A stretch of DNA of 52,686 nt. It comes from a virus (lineage: Duplodnaviria > Caudoviricetes). Below, one piece after another: positions 37,132 through 48,469 of the stretch (the first letter of the stretch is position 1; the number at the start of each line of letters is the position of its first letter). The notes below the pieces were generated by a model that made no database searches, was not told the DNA's origin, and saw only the letters and a program-made list of their open reading frames with translations. The DNA lies in the IMG/VR virus record IMGVR_UViG_3300030333_003828, positions 1-52,686 of that record. One strand, 5' to 3'. A program made the translations under genes and the position numbers.

Positions 37132-39198
37132 TTACGAGCCATCATCTATAGTTTCAGGTAATGCTGTTGCCTTTACAATAAATGGTGGATAAGATACACC
37201 ATGAGAACTTCTATATCCATAAGCAAGATAAGCAGTTTTAGTACTTCCTGCCGTTGAAAATCCTATGTAAAATGTATTGCTCGAGCCGACAGATGCTAAT
37301 TCACTGGCACTTAATACCCATTTCACTGTAAGTATATCATCATCTGCCTCATCATCACTTAAGTACACACCAGCAAAATCATACTCAAATTGTCCGCCTA
37401 TAGAATTGTATGTACTACTATCACTAAGGCCAACATCTAAATTTGTGTCAGTAGATGTAACATTAATAAAACAACTTAATTCTATTTCTACATTTTCACT
37501 TGGCGGTGTTTTAAATGTTATTCTATGCACTGCATCTTCTACCGTCATTGAGTCTTGTATTTCAAATGTATCTGTCCCATCAGTAGGTTGCAAGTAGGTA
37601 TATCCCAATATCATACCTGCATAAGCACTGTTAGCTGCACTAAATTCGGTTCCACTCTTTTGAGCTATAAATTTTCCAGTTTCTGAATTTAAAGTAATAT
37701 CGCCATCGGCATTTAATGTAAAATCAGCACTATCTGAATCAGCATCAACAGTCGTTATTGTTGTAGCGCCAGCAGCCATTGTTGCAATTGTACAATAATC
37801 AGATGCATTAGCGGAGCTATGTATTTTAATATCTTCTCTACCAGTTGCTCCATCTGGGGTTGTAATAGCTAATCCCACATGGTCATCTGCCCCACTTACA
37901 TTTAATTCAATGCCTGTTGCAGTATGAGTTCCTGTAGTGGCTCCTACTACATCAATATCCATTCCTTTAACGCTAGAAGTACCCAAACTAGCAGAATTTA
38001 TATCTAAGTCAATACCTATATCATTATGAGCATTAGTGCCTGAAGAAGCGACCGTTCTGTCAAAATCAACTTGCAATCCTGTAGCATTTTCTGCGGCATC
38101 TCCAGAAGTATTTTTATCTATTGTTAATGCTCCTGCCATTGTATCATCAGCATCATTAGTAACATAATTTGTAGGCTGAGAATAATTACTTGCATGTATT
38201 GTCCCTGCACTTGATGCTGTCCAATCTATATGCTCATTAGCTACAAAGTTATTTAAACTATCATGGTCTATTTCGCCAGGAACTGCTGCAACTGTTATGG
38301 TAGTACCACTATTAGTAACTCCTGCACCATTTGCCCCTAATATAGAGAAATCAGCAGAACCTCCAGTATCTGTAGCAGCAGAGCCACCACCAGAGTCAGT
38401 AGTGATAGTTACTCCAGTAATATCTCCTGCAATGTCAGATGTCAAAGCAATAGTTCCACTTGCATCGGGACATTTTAAAGTTCTAGTCTGCCCATCAGTG
38501 ACTAAGCTTAAGTCAAAATCCATTCCTTTGCCAGTAGTAGAACTATTATAAAAAGCGAGATTATTATCTGCCATTTTTAATTTTAAACCTCCTGGCCCAG
38601 TATCTATGACACCAGAATCGTTCATCATAACTGTATGATAGGTAGCACTTCCATCATGAACGGTTAAGAATTTATTACCATGAGTAGAGTCAGAACCTTT
38701 TCCAATTTCATTAGTGGCAGATGCAACAGCAGAAACTTTAACTTTTTTAGCATGAACTATAGCATCAGAGGTATCAGTTGAATTTCTTACCTTTAATGTG
38801 CTTCCTTCATTTTTTAGGATAATTTTCTTTCTATTTGGTGATTGTAATAATACATTGCCTCTAGAGTTGTATTTTAACGCTTCTTTATTAGCAATGTGTC
38901 TTGAATTGCTTTGAGTACCTTCATTAGGTCTTAAGCCACGCTTATCAGCAGAAACCAAACAAGAATTAATATCTACCTGCCATCCTATATTTGTATACAT
39001 AGCTATAGATGTAGAGCCATCAGGATTATTTACATATGTAGTAGTTCCTATTGTTGGTGTTGATGTGGTAGAAGCAATATCCGTAACCTCAATAGGTTGT
39101 AATTCTTCTATCTTGTCGTATACATCATTTAGTGCATTATTTACTTCTGGAATGCTTACGGATTTTCTAGTTACCCTTTTATTGCGCTTAATAGCCAT
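37132..39198 (-). CDS. Tail fibre/spike protein
   Basis: T/S/A/D-rich beta repeats; TRTLKCPDASGTIALTSD fibre motif. Confidence 0.7.
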   Translation of the reverse strand: MAIKRNKRVTRKSVSIPEVNNALNDVYDKIEELQPIEVTDIASTTSTPTIGTTTYVNNPDGSTSIAMYTNIGWQVDINSCLVSADKRGLRPNEGTQSNSRHIANKEALKYNSRGNVLLQSPNRKKIILKNEGSTLKVRNSTDTSDAIVHAKKVKVSAVASATNEIGKGSDSTHGNKFLTVHDGSATYHTVMMNDSGVIDTGPGGLKLKMADNNLAFYNSSTTGKGMDFDLSLVTDGQTRTLKCPDASGTIALTSDIAGDITGVTITTDSGGGSAATDTGGSADFSILGANGAGVTNSGTTITVAAVPGEIDHDSLNNFVANEHIDWTASSAGTIHASNYSQPTNYVTNDADDTMAGALTIDKNTSGDAAENATGLQVDFDRTVASSGTNAHNDIGIDLDINSASLGTSSVKGMDIDVVGATTGTHTATGIELNVSGADDHVGLAITTPDGATGREDIKIHSSANASDYCTIATMAAGATTITTVDADSDSADFTLNADGDITLNSETGKFIAQKSGTEFSAANSAYAGMILGYTYLQPTDGTDTFEIQDSMTVEDAVHRITFKTPPSENVEIELSCFINVTSTDTNLDVGLSDSSTYNSIGGQFEYDFAGVYLSDDEADDDILTVKWVLSASELASVGSSNTFYIGFSTAGSTKTAYLAYGYRSSHGVSYPPFIVKATALPETIDDGS

Positions 39199-42100
39199 TA
39201 TTTGGGACTTTTATCTTTATACGTAACCCCTATTGAGTCTACATGTCCTTGCTGATTAAATAGCCTTATACTAAGTTTTCTGCCTTTTGTCCCACCAGCA
39301 AACTTGAATTTGGGAGAAACTACATATACAGAACTTCCTTGTGAGTGACTAGCTTTAGTGGTATTCATTTGAGCTCTTTTTACAGTAATAATAGTATGAT
39401 TAGTATCATTTTGTTCACCACTTACATACTCTAAACCAGTAACTAACATTATTTCATCATCTATTTTAATCAAATGACCTTTTCTAATAAAAGTTTGAAG
39501 CGTAGCTGAATTTCCAACAAAAGCAGTGACGCCCTCATTAGGTCTTTTTAAATTAATATTCAATTTAACTTTGATTTGTGTCGCTTCTGACAATACTGAT
39601 GTAGTTGTTATAGTATCACCTAAATCACTAATAGCATAAAACTTATTGTATACAGTTAAACTTATTGGTTTATCATCAACATATGCTTGGATAGAATTAA
39701 GTAAATTCGAATAAGCATTAAATTCATTAACATCCTTAAGATTATAATTATAGACAGATGGTGTTCCCGTAAAGGATAATGTCTTAAACACCTTATCTTG
39801 AGAAGAAGTTCCAATAATAATATCTTTACTTATCCATTCCCATGTCTCTCTGTTATATCCACTATATTGCTTAGTAATAGATGAAGTATAATCATATAAA
39901 TAACTGCCATCACTCACTAACAATTTAGACTCTTTTGATGGAGCTGCTGATTGTATGTGAGGAGCTTTCCATAAATCCCAACGCTTATGCTTTAAACTAT
40001 AAGCATATACTCTGCCTTGCGTTGACTCATCTGACAAACTAATAATAAATGCTTGTTTTTTACCTAGATAATGAATTGAAGGTCTTTTCCTTGAGTTAAT
40101 CGTTTCCTCTAATAACTCTTTAAATCCTTGTTGTAATCTAATATTTCCTTGAGTGCTTTCTTCTGTTGACTCTTGATGCTTTGATTTATTGTCAGATGCA
40201 TATAGTATTGGGTCACCAATAGGTCTAGGCATATTACCATCATGGAGATATATATTATTTTTATCAAAAAAGCATAATCCAAATTCAGTCTTAACAAAAC
40301 AATCTTTATTTAGTATGCTGACACCCTCAAATTCATCTTCAATTACCATTGTATGTGGATTTATTTTATATAGACTATTAAATCCCCATGCATACAATCT
40401 AGAGTTAAAACTTGCTAATGCAATTGGTTCTTCTGGCATAATCAAATAATCTTCTGCCCAATTAAATGCAAAATAGTTAAAAGGTTGAGACCTAAATATA
40501 TAATTTCTAACATCACCTAAATCTCTATTCCAAGCTTTAGCAACATACATATATCCTTGATGCACCTCACCAATACCATAGTTTAATGTAGTATTTGGCA
40601 ATGATTGAGGTAGTCCTGTAGTTGCTTCATATGTACCCATAGTATTATTGTAATCATATAAATCATATTTAAATGAGCCTGTACTACTATCCCACCACCA
40701 ACCTTTATTACTGAAATCAATCTGACCTAATAAATAGTAATCATCTATCTCCCTTCCATCTTTTCTCCTGTATACAGAGAGAGCTGTTACTCTTTTGTTG
40801 AAACCTTCAGCTACTTCAGGTTGTATACTAATATTTAACTTAATATATTCATACGGGTCAGCCCCATCAGCAACTGTAATTTCTTTTGGTATTGGCTCTC
40901 CAATATGCAATGGGGATTCGTACTGACCATCATATACCAAAGCAAATTTATAATAATAAGTACCATCATCAAATGGCCCTGTATCTACTTGATTCCCTAA
41001 AGAAAATTCTATAAATGCTTTTGTTCGTGATATAATAGTTGAATCTGAAGATGAAGTAATAATAGCTCCGCTATCAGTTGAATTATCGAAGGCACCTCCA
41101 TTTTCAAATCCATATTTGACAGAGCCACTACCTGCATCTGAATATACATCAGTAGAATAATAATTATCTTCATACCCCCAAAACTCATAAGCCCCATCAA
41201 TACTTCTAGTGTGTATATAAAAATCTAAAAGCAATCCATTTTGCTCCACTTGAGAAGTATTCATAAATTGAGGAGTCAGTCTATCATTAGGCATAACACT
41301 AACATTAGCATCGTGAGCAGTAACTGGTAAGAATTGTAATGCTGATGCTCTTAATCCAAGCGTTTGATTAGCATAAAAATCATTATTATCAAATAATTCA
41401 TAGTCAGATACGGTACTTGTTATTATAAATGATTCTAAAGCATGGGTATTAGTAGAAATCCTAGAATACAATGTATTAGCAACTCCATTTATATCAGTCT
41501 CAGCCATACTTCCTGGTAATCCTATATCATAAATTGGCATTAATGCTCTATGCCTAGGAGTTGCACCATCTGCAAAATTTTGCTCTATCTCTGTGTAGCT
41601 ACCATCATTAGCATTATATTGAGGACCAGCAATATTTGTAACAAATTTGTGATTAATGGTATCAAAATTATTTGATACAATTAACAATCCACCCTTGTAT
41701 GTATATGCTGAAGAAGGACTATCAGGCAATGCCTCTCTAAAGGTTACTCCGCACATGTATGCAGAAGTAAAATCATTTTCAACTCCATCAACTCCAGGGC
41801 ATCCTAATGTACTTCTCAATATAAAAGGAGCTGAATTATTTATTCTAACTATCTCATAATTACCATCATAAATATTAATTTTATGAAAAGTACAAACAGA
41901 ATCTGCTCTTCCTGAATTAACTTCTTCACGAGCAACTACAGACTCTAGAGCATGACTACTGCCAGCCAATCTCTTAGCTGGACCAAACCTTCCATTTTTC
42001 ATTGGTGCATGCTCTTCAGGCTTATAAGGGGTTGTCTCAACAGGGTTAAAGCCCGACACAGTATTCATACTATTATCCATTATAGAAGTAATAGAAAAAT

Positions 42101-45100
42101 TATTCCAACAGGCTGTATGTTTTTGATTGTTTCCTGCGCCATTATTAGTATTATCATATTGCCAGAAAGCATCATTAATAAGTCTTTGTGTATCATTCTC
42201 CAGAGCATCTGCACCTAATCGAAAATTACCATTTTGAGCATCTGAATAAGATATTCCATTTGTCCATTTTCTATTTATATAAACATAATTTCCAACACCA
42301 GCATTAAATAGATATGGTGGATGATAGCCATCCCAACCTTTATCAGTATCGTCTCCTTTAGGATGAACAGTATATGCAACTCCGTCTTCATCAGTTAAAC
42401 CTTCCACGGAATGAGCACTTGGAAATGCTGCACCTCCATTTACACTACTATAACATCCCACTTCAAGATGGTAGTTTTGAGTGTTGTCTGCAAGCTCTTG
42501 ACTTAATTGGCTAGTGCCTCCCCAGTCAGAGCATTTTATCCACTGTGATTTTACTTTATTTCTAGGATTATGAATTTCATTTCCACCAAAATTAGGAGTA
42601 AATTTTTGACCTCCGGTACCAGCCCAAAAATAACCATCAATTTTCTTTGTTGGGTCTGTATACTTTCCAGCTAATGCACCTCCATTTGCCACTTCACCAT
42701 CATCTTCGGTCTGTGCATAATTTACAAATCCAGTGTGTCCCGACCAATCATCTACACTCATCATAACATAATCGTTATCATATTTTTGTAGAGTATCTGG
42801 AGTTTCATTACTTCCAACTGTATTAAAATATTTATACGCCTCAGGGTATAGGGATGTATTGGCATTTAAACCTATAGAATCTTGAGACCATAAGCTAGCA
42901 TCAAAATCTCCATTCTCCAAAAGATAGTGCTCATTCCAAAAAGCATCTCCAACCCTAGCATAGCCTAATGTCCCAACAAAAGTACCTGAAATATTACTAA
43001 TAAATGACACTGCATGCTTAACTCTATTGAAACTATTACTAGATGTAGTATCAGAATCAATACCTGCATATCTCTTACCAGCATAAAATAATCCTGCATT
43101 GTATGTGGAACTATATTGAACTTGAGGATGCAAACTTCCTGCTACTGGTTTTGTTTTTCTAGTATCATAAAAGGCCCATCCTATATTATCCCCAAAGGGT
43201 TTCCACCTATTCTCATATGGTATCTTATCCTCTTCATGTCCTGATAAATTGCCAAGACCGCATATAGACCGCCGTAGAGACCCTTCTAGACTAGTACCAC
43301 CCTCTTGAATTGCATCTATAGGGCTAACCCATTCACCGCCATTAGGAGTCCAATGCCCTGTCTTATCATATATTCCAAAGAATGCATGCCTGCATCCCAT
43401 TCTGGGGTAACCCTGATGTGAATTATCTAAATCAAATCCATCTAAAGAGCCATTAGGCTCTGTATCAATTTCCCACTGAGTAACATCAGCTAAAATTTCA
43501 CCAGGTTCTGGAACTCCACCTATATTATAAGGATATCCTAACCAGTCCCCACCTAAAGAATTTCTTGGCTGTATCCCTCGTCCCATTCCCCATCCAAGTT
43601 CATCTAAAGCAACCTCCCCTGAAATAGGGCTGCCATCAGGGAAATTAGGAAATCTACTAGTCATTATAAAGGCAGAATCACCTGGATACCATATCCTAGG
43701 ATATATAACATACTCATCATCAGTACCTGCAGGGCCACTTTCAAAGGACCAATCGCCTGTATGCAATCCTTCTCCTTGTATTCCTGCAAAATCATTATAA
43801 ACAAGTTGTCTTTTGGTTGCCTGATTGTATCTAGCTTGAGCAAATGCTGGTGTCCTATCTGCCATTACTAAATTTTTATATGATGATGATTCTAATACAT
43901 TAGCATTATATGTAAATAAATCCCAATCCTTAAATGAATCATTGTCAGATATTTTTCGATACATCAACCAAACTTTACCATTCCACCACATTCCAGTCTC
44001 GCCTGCTTGAAATGCTGGGGCATCAGCAGAATCAATAATGCTCGACTCTGCCTCTGTTCTATATACAGTGTGCGGTTGATTATTAAAATTGGCTGATGAT
44101 GTATTTAAATTCATAAATTTGATTTTATCACCAGTACTTAATCTTGGTTGTCTTTGATGCTTTATTGCTCTAGCATTATGATTATTATACCAACTAGTCA
44201 TATCTTGAACCTGGTTTCTTATTTCACCATAATCAAAAGTTTCACAAATACCAACAATAATGGCATCCTTGGGATATCTATCCCATCCTGCAAATTTTGG
44301 ATTATAAACATAAGCTGTTTCTTGCCAGTTCCCATCAACAGTGCCAGATTCCCCCGAAGGTGTTTTATCAACTACTGTACCAGTATTTAACAAATCACAC
44401 ATTGTCATTCTAATCATTCCATCTTCATCTTCAGCCTGCAATTGCCTTGGAATCTTACTAAAATCAAGAGAAATAGCTTCAAATTTTGCATTGTCAGATA
44501 AGTTATCAAAATCAATAAGGTTTATTCTATATAATACTGTACTATTGTTTCCAGCACTCATCCAAAAAACATTATGTCTATAATATATTTTTAAATGTCC
44601 ATTATTGTAAAATAACTCTCCATCTGATTCCCATGGATTTCCACTTTCACCTGCAAGGCCTATATCATTATGAAACAGGGGAGTTCTGCAATACGCCAAT
44701 GCATTTATTTTTCGACTGGTAGGCCAAGTATTAATTGAGTTCATTTTAAATGTTTCAATTCTTTTTCCAGTATTAGTTAAATTATAATCAGCTCCACTTT
44801 CATCCTTCACGTCAACTGAGGTAGTTCCATCAAACGCTGTATCATTAGAATAGTTACCCGTACTTGTTAAACTAATTCTATATATATTCATTTCATTTTT
44901 CTTTATAGCGTATGCAAAGGCAGGCGTTCCACCATAATGTTGACTAATTTTACCTATGTAGTTTAAAATTGGAACAGTTCTATTTTTTACATATCCGCAA
45001 AACATAAATAGGTCAGACTCATTTGATGCGTGACCTACTACAGCAGAAGCAGTAGCATCATAATTATACTTTTTCCATTTAACCATAGCACCATCACTAA

Positions 45101-46838
45101 AATCTGTAGTATGACTGCATTTAAATACTTGCCCTACTTTTATTCCAGCAATATTAGAACCAGAGCCCGTTTTAACAGCGGCTGCTAATGTTCTACTGGA
45201 AGGGTCTGTCTCTAGAACAAAATCATAATCAAGGCGAATGGCATCAGCAAAGCTATCATCCTTAGATATAACTCCCTCTGTAGCATTTGAAGCTAAAAAT
45301 CCATGTATCTCTGGCGTTATATAATGTGAGTAATTTGTTGCTAAATCTAATGTATCAAGTGGTTTTAATTCAGCGTCATAAATATTAAATTCTTCTATAG
45401 AGTCTCCAGCCAATGGATTTAATTTATTTTTTAATCCTACCTTTGAAACTCCAAAGTCCATTCCTCCTAAGCCTATTAATACTTTATCATCAATTGCCTC
45501 TAAGTGATATTCGTGTTTCTTACCTAAAACTGATTTTAATATAGTTTGATTTCCAGGACGCCCATGTATATCTTGAACCATACTAACAAAAGACGGTACT
45601 CCTTCTTTATTTTCTTTTATTCCAACTAAATTAATTTGAGTTTCGTCAGATGTGCTTTCAGCTACTACAAATGAATGTATATCAACATCAATTGGAGAAT
45701 TTGGGCCAACACTAACATTATCCTCAAAAGTCCATTTAGCACTACCGTCTACTCTTTTAAATGGTCTATCTAATACTGGGTGACCCATCGATGATACTCT
45801 TGTCTTAAATTGAAACTGCTCTACGTCCCCTTTTTGAAAGCTAATTAATAAAGATTCTCCGCTTATAGTTGTTTCGCTAATTATATTGTCAAACTCACTC
45901 CTATCTAGCAAGCCTTTCATCCCAGTCAACAACTGAGTACGTAAATTGGCAGATGTATCAACAGATAAATCAACAGACTGTTCATAACCACTATTTAAAG
46001 CTCCCGAAAGAGATGAGGAGCCAAATATAGAATTTGGAGGGATTGGAGGATTGAAATGATTTTCAGTATTTTTAATATAGCAAAATCCACCCATTCTACC
46101 ATAAACTTTTGATTGAAATCCAAAATTAAAACTTGTAAAAGGATTTAAAACTTTAGTCTCTGCATAAAGATATGCGTTCGCTCCACTTGATGCTACACCA
46201 AAAGTAGTATTATTGTCAAAAAATGTATCAGGATGCGTATCAAATTTCAGCCTCATTACAGTAGAAGAAGGTTGAGATTCCCACATCAATCCTTGTATAT
46301 AATGCTGGTATCCAGAATCATCAAAGAATATATAGCCAACCTTGCTTCTTCTATCACTCATAAAAAGAAGCAGTGCTTTATCGTGAGAATTACTTAAATC
46401 AATATCAATATACCTAGCGTCAACAAAAGTATTAGTAGTTGTGACGCCATCTGATTTTAATAGCTGATGCAATTTAAGGTACATATCATATTCATGAAAT
46501 ACAACATCAGAAAGCGGGGATTGATATTGGGTTAATACTGTTTTAGTGTTACTGGCACTAGTACCATAATTTTGATATGAAGTTCTGTTAGTATCATTAA
46601 AAGATAATTCAATACTTACTATATAAGGATTAACCTCATCGCCTCCAATATTTTTTACAACTTGGAATCCATCAACAGTTAGAATTTCAGTTTTATCAAT
46701 ACCTTGAAGCCTACCTATAGACTCAGATGGCTCTACATTCAATGAATAGGATGCTGATTCTGGATTTGTATCTGTTCCAGATACAGTACTATTAATACCT
46801 TGACTAAACTTATTTATTTCTAATACTTTTTTAGGCAT
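39198..46838 (-). CDS. Giant tail nozzle/stabilisation-like protein with large central insertion
   Basis: N-terminal MPKKVLEINKFSQGIN and a C-terminal propeller-like segment (WEWISKD...KVFKTL), as in podovirus tail stabilisation proteins. Confidence 0.6.
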   Translation of the reverse strand: MPKKVLEINKFSQGINSTVSGTDTNPESASYSLNVEPSESIGRLQGIDKTEILTVDGFQVVKNIGGDEVNPYIVSIELSFNDTNRTSYQNYGTSASNTKTVLTQYQSPLSDVVFHEYDMYLKLHQLLKSDGVTTTNTFVDARYIDIDLSNSHDKALLLFMSDRRSKVGYIFFDDSGYQHYIQGLMWESQPSSTVMRLKFDTHPDTFFDNNTTFGVASSGANAYLYAETKVLNPFTSFNFGFQSKVYGRMGGFCYIKNTENHFNPPIPPNSIFGSSSLSGALNSGYEQSVDLSVDTSANLRTQLLTGMKGLLDRSEFDNIISETTISGESLLISFQKGDVEQFQFKTRVSSMGHPVLDRPFKRVDGSAKWTFEDNVSVGPNSPIDVDIHSFVVAESTSDETQINLVGIKENKEGVPSFVSMVQDIHGRPGNQTILKSVLGKKHEYHLEAIDDKVLIGLGGMDFGVSKVGLKNKLNPLAGDSIEEFNIYDAELKPLDTLDLATNYSHYITPEIHGFLASNATEGVISKDDSFADAIRLDYDFVLETDPSSRTLAAAVKTGSGSNIAGIKVGQVFKCSHTTDFSDGAMVKWKKYNYDATASAVVGHASNESDLFMFCGYVKNRTVPILNYIGKISQHYGGTPAFAYAIKKNEMNIYRISLTSTGNYSNDTAFDGTTSVDVKDESGADYNLTNTGKRIETFKMNSINTWPTSRKINALAYCRTPLFHNDIGLAGESGNPWESDGELFYNNGHLKIYYRHNVFWMSAGNNSTVLYRINLIDFDNLSDNAKFEAISLDFSKIPRQLQAEDEDGMIRMTMCDLLNTGTVVDKTPSGESGTVDGNWQETAYVYNPKFAGWDRYPKDAIIVGICETFDYGEIRNQVQDMTSWYNNHNARAIKHQRQPRLSTGDKIKFMNLNTSSANFNNQPHTVYRTEAESSIIDSADAPAFQAGETGMWWNGKVWLMYRKISDNDSFKDWDLFTYNANVLESSSYKNLVMADRTPAFAQARYNQATKRQLVYNDFAGIQGEGLHTGDWSFESGPAGTDDEYVIYPRIWYPGDSAFIMTSRFPNFPDGSPISGEVALDELGWGMGRGIQPRNSLGGDWLGYPYNIGGVPEPGEILADVTQWEIDTEPNGSLDGFDLDNSHQGYPRMGCRHAFFGIYDKTGHWTPNGGEWVSPIDAIQEGGTSLEGSLRRSICGLGNLSGHEEDKIPYENRWKPFGDNIGWAFYDTRKTKPVAGSLHPQVQYSSTYNAGLFYAGKRYAGIDSDTTSSNSFNRVKHAVSFISNISGTFVGTLGYARVGDAFWNEHYLLENGDFDASLWSQDSIGLNANTSLYPEAYKYFNTVGSNETPDTLQKYDNDYVMMSVDDWSGHTGFVNYAQTEDDGEVANGGALAGKYTDPTKKIDGYFWAGTGGQKFTPNFGGNEIHNPRNKVKSQWIKCSDWGGTSQLSQELADNTQNYHLEVGCYSSVNGGAAFPSAHSVEGLTDEDGVAYTVHPKGDDTDKGWDGYHPPYLFNAGVGNYVYINRKWTNGISYSDAQNGNFRLGADALENDTQRLINDAFWQYDNTNNGAGNNQKHTACWNNFSITSIMDNSMNTVSGFNPVETTPYKPEEHAPMKNGRFGPAKRLAGSSHALESVVAREEVNSGRADSVCTFHKINIYDGNYEIVRINNSAPFILRSTLGCPGVDGVENDFTSAYMCGVTFREALPDSPSSAYTYKGGLLIVSNNFDTINHKFVTNIAGPQYNANDGSYTEIEQNFADGATPRHRALMPIYDIGLPGSMAETDINGVANTLYSRISTNTHALESFIITSTVSDYELFDNNDFYANQTLGLRASALQFLPVTAHDANVSVMPNDRLTPQFMNTSQVEQNGLLLDFYIHTRSIDGAYEFWGYEDNYYSTDVYSDAGSGSVKYGFENGGAFDNSTDSGAIITSSSDSTIISRTKAFIEFSLGNQVDTGPFDDGTYYYKFALVYDGQYESPLHIGEPIPKEITVADGADPYEYIKLNISIQPEVAEGFNKRVTALSVYRRKDGREIDDYYLLGQIDFSNKGWWWDSSTGSFKYDLYDYNNTMGTYEATTGLPQSLPNTTLNYGIGEVHQGYMYVAKAWNRDLGDVRNYIFRSQPFNYFAFNWAEDYLIMPEEPIALASFNSRLYAWGFNSLYKINPHTMVIEDEFEGVSILNKDCFVKTEFGLCFFDKNNIYLHDGNMPRPIGDPILYASDNKSKHQESTEESTQGNIRLQQGFKELLEETINSRKRPSIHYLGKKQAFIISLSDESTQGRVYAYSLKHKRWDLWKAPHIQSAAPSKESKLLVSDGSYLYDYTSSITKQYSGYNRETWEWISKDIIIGTSSQDKVFKTLSFTGTPSVYNYNLKDVNEFNAYSNLLNSIQAYVDDKPISLTVYNKFYAISDLGDTITTTSVLSEATQIKVKLNINLKRPNEGVTAFVGNSATLQTFIRKGHLIKIDDEIMLVTGLEYVSGEQNDTNHTIITVKRAQMNTTKASHSQGSSVYVVSPKFKFAGGTKGRKLSIRLFNQQGHVDSIGVTYKDKSPK

Positions 46839-47047
46839 TACTTATCATACCATTTTTTTTGAATAGGAGGTGCAAATGTGCCACGCAAGTTCTTTTTAAT
46901 CTTCTCGATTGCTTCTGTATTTTTTTTAACTTGCTTATCCGTTTCATTATCTTCAAAAACATATTTATATACCTTTTCTAGCTTATCTAATTTAAACTGT
47001 TTTACTAATAATTTTAAAGCTAATTTTACTACTTTATCTGCCAACAT
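46838..47047 (-). CDS. Small hypothetical protein (lysis-module associated)
   Basis: TAATG-coupled on both sides. Confidence 0.6.
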   Translation of the reverse strand: MLADKVVKLALKLLVKQFKLDKLEKVYKYVFEDNETDKQVKKNTEAIEKIKKNLRGTFAPPIQKKWYDK

Positions 47048-47355
47048 TAATACTCGTAATCTCCCCTGCGTTTTTTAACAAATTTCTCTTTAAGCCCATT
47101 TCCGCTTAAACTAGCCAATATTTCTACGATAGCGTGGTAACTAGCCTTAATGTCTTTTTGATTCAATTGCATCTGTTTTTGGGCGTCTATGAGCTTAATA
47201 AGAATTCCCTCTAATCTCGTAAACGATTCTCTCAACTCAGTTTGCAATTCATTTTGAATCCAAGTATTTTGAGCTTTTACATACCAACCCAATGCAACTA
47301 CCATTGCAACTGGTAGTCCAAATCTCTCTAAAACTTCAAATATACCCATTTCCAT
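47047..47355 (-). CDS. Holin-like membrane protein
   Basis: N-terminal TM segment (FGLPVAMVVALGWYV) plus coiled coil. Confidence 0.55.
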   Translation of the reverse strand: MEMGIFEVLERFGLPVAMVVALGWYVKAQNTWIQNELQTELRESFTRLEGILIKLIDAQKQMQLNQKDIKASYHAIVEILASLSGNGLKEKFVKKRRGDYEY

Positions 47356-48140
47356 TACTTCTTCTTACCTTTTATTAGCTCTCCCCATAGGGATGCGCTT
47401 CCGTTTATTATTTGGACGACGTGTACGGTAAAATGACCACGGGCGAAAAAATCTACTACGCCAAAAGCGTGGGCCCATTTATGTTGTCTACCTCCTAACC
47501 ATTTATTCTTTTTATCTGACATATCTTTAAGGCAACCTAAAGACCAAGCAGACTTTGGACCATCCATATGAGTCACAGAATCTTGCTGTAAACTATGATG
47601 ATGTCCATACATTATATTGCATCCTAACTTTCTTAAATGATTAGATGTATGATATTGACCACTAAAATGATGGCCATGATAAAAGAACATTTTACCTATT
47701 TTAAGGTACTCTCCTGGCCTATGATAGGTATACCCCCTACTGTCAGCTTTTATTGCCTTTTTGAACCCATATTGGCTCAAATAAGGGTATTCCATAACAA
47801 AATGGTCTAACCATTCATCATGATTACCAGCAGTTATATGCCTTTTTTTACACCCTGCTTTATCCAAAGAACTATCTATTCTATCAAGAAACAAATTAAC
47901 AGCATCCACCTCTTTCTCTAGATTAGGCAGAATATACTCTAGTGGTGGTTTCTTTTTTCTTTTCCATTGCCAATGAGATACACTACCCCATTCTCCTAAG
48001 TCTCCAAGGTCTATATATATATCAGGCTTAATTATTTCGATTGCCTGTAATACTACGCTTGTAGCTGCGACATCATGGAGAGGTACATGCTTGTCTGGTG
48101 TGACAATAGCACGTTTTACTACACCTTTATCTTTACTCAT
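47355..48140 (-). CDS. Calcineurin-like metallophosphoesterase
   Basis: PDKH, LGD, GNHD, HG and GHHH motifs. Confidence 0.9.
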   Translation of the reverse strand: MSKDKGVVKRAIVTPDKHVPLHDVAATSVVLQAIEIIKPDIYIDLGDLGEWGSVSHWQWKRKKKPPLEYILPNLEKEVDAVNLFLDRIDSSLDKAGCKKRHITAGNHDEWLDHFVMEYPYLSQYGFKKAIKADSRGYTYHRPGEYLKIGKMFFYHGHHFSGQYHTSNHLRKLGCNIMYGHHHSLQQDSVTHMDGPKSAWSLGCLKDMSDKKNKWLGGRQHKWAHAFGVVDFFARGHFTVHVVQIINGSASLWGELIKGKKK

Positions 48141-48148
48141 TTATTCTC

Positions 48149-48469
48149 CTACGAGAACTCTGAACGCTCCATAAATCCCCAATCATCTGGATTTGTATAA
48201 GTTTCTTTTACTGCATCAAGCATTTTCTCTGTTCTCTTTATACTAAACCTTCTTAAAAGGTTTCCACATTCAAGACAGCCCCATATAATGGGGCCGTCAT
48301 AAGCTCCTAAGATTTCAATGCCTCTAACAGAGTGGCTATTACACTCGGGGCATTCCTTAGGTCTATTTCTAAAAGCATTATACTTATCGTTAATGCCTAT
48401 GTCCGATAAAATGTTGCCTGAATGACCTTCAATCAAATCTTCAAAGACAATCATTTTATTTCTTAGCAT
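48149..48469 (-). CDS. Zinc-ribbon protein
   Basis: CPEC...CLEC. Confidence 0.7.
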   Translation of the reverse strand: MLRNKMIVFEDLIEGHSGNILSDIGINDKYNAFRNRPKECPECNSHSVRGIEILGAYDGPIIWGCLECGNLLRRFSIKRTEKMLDAVKETYTNPDDWGFMERSEFS

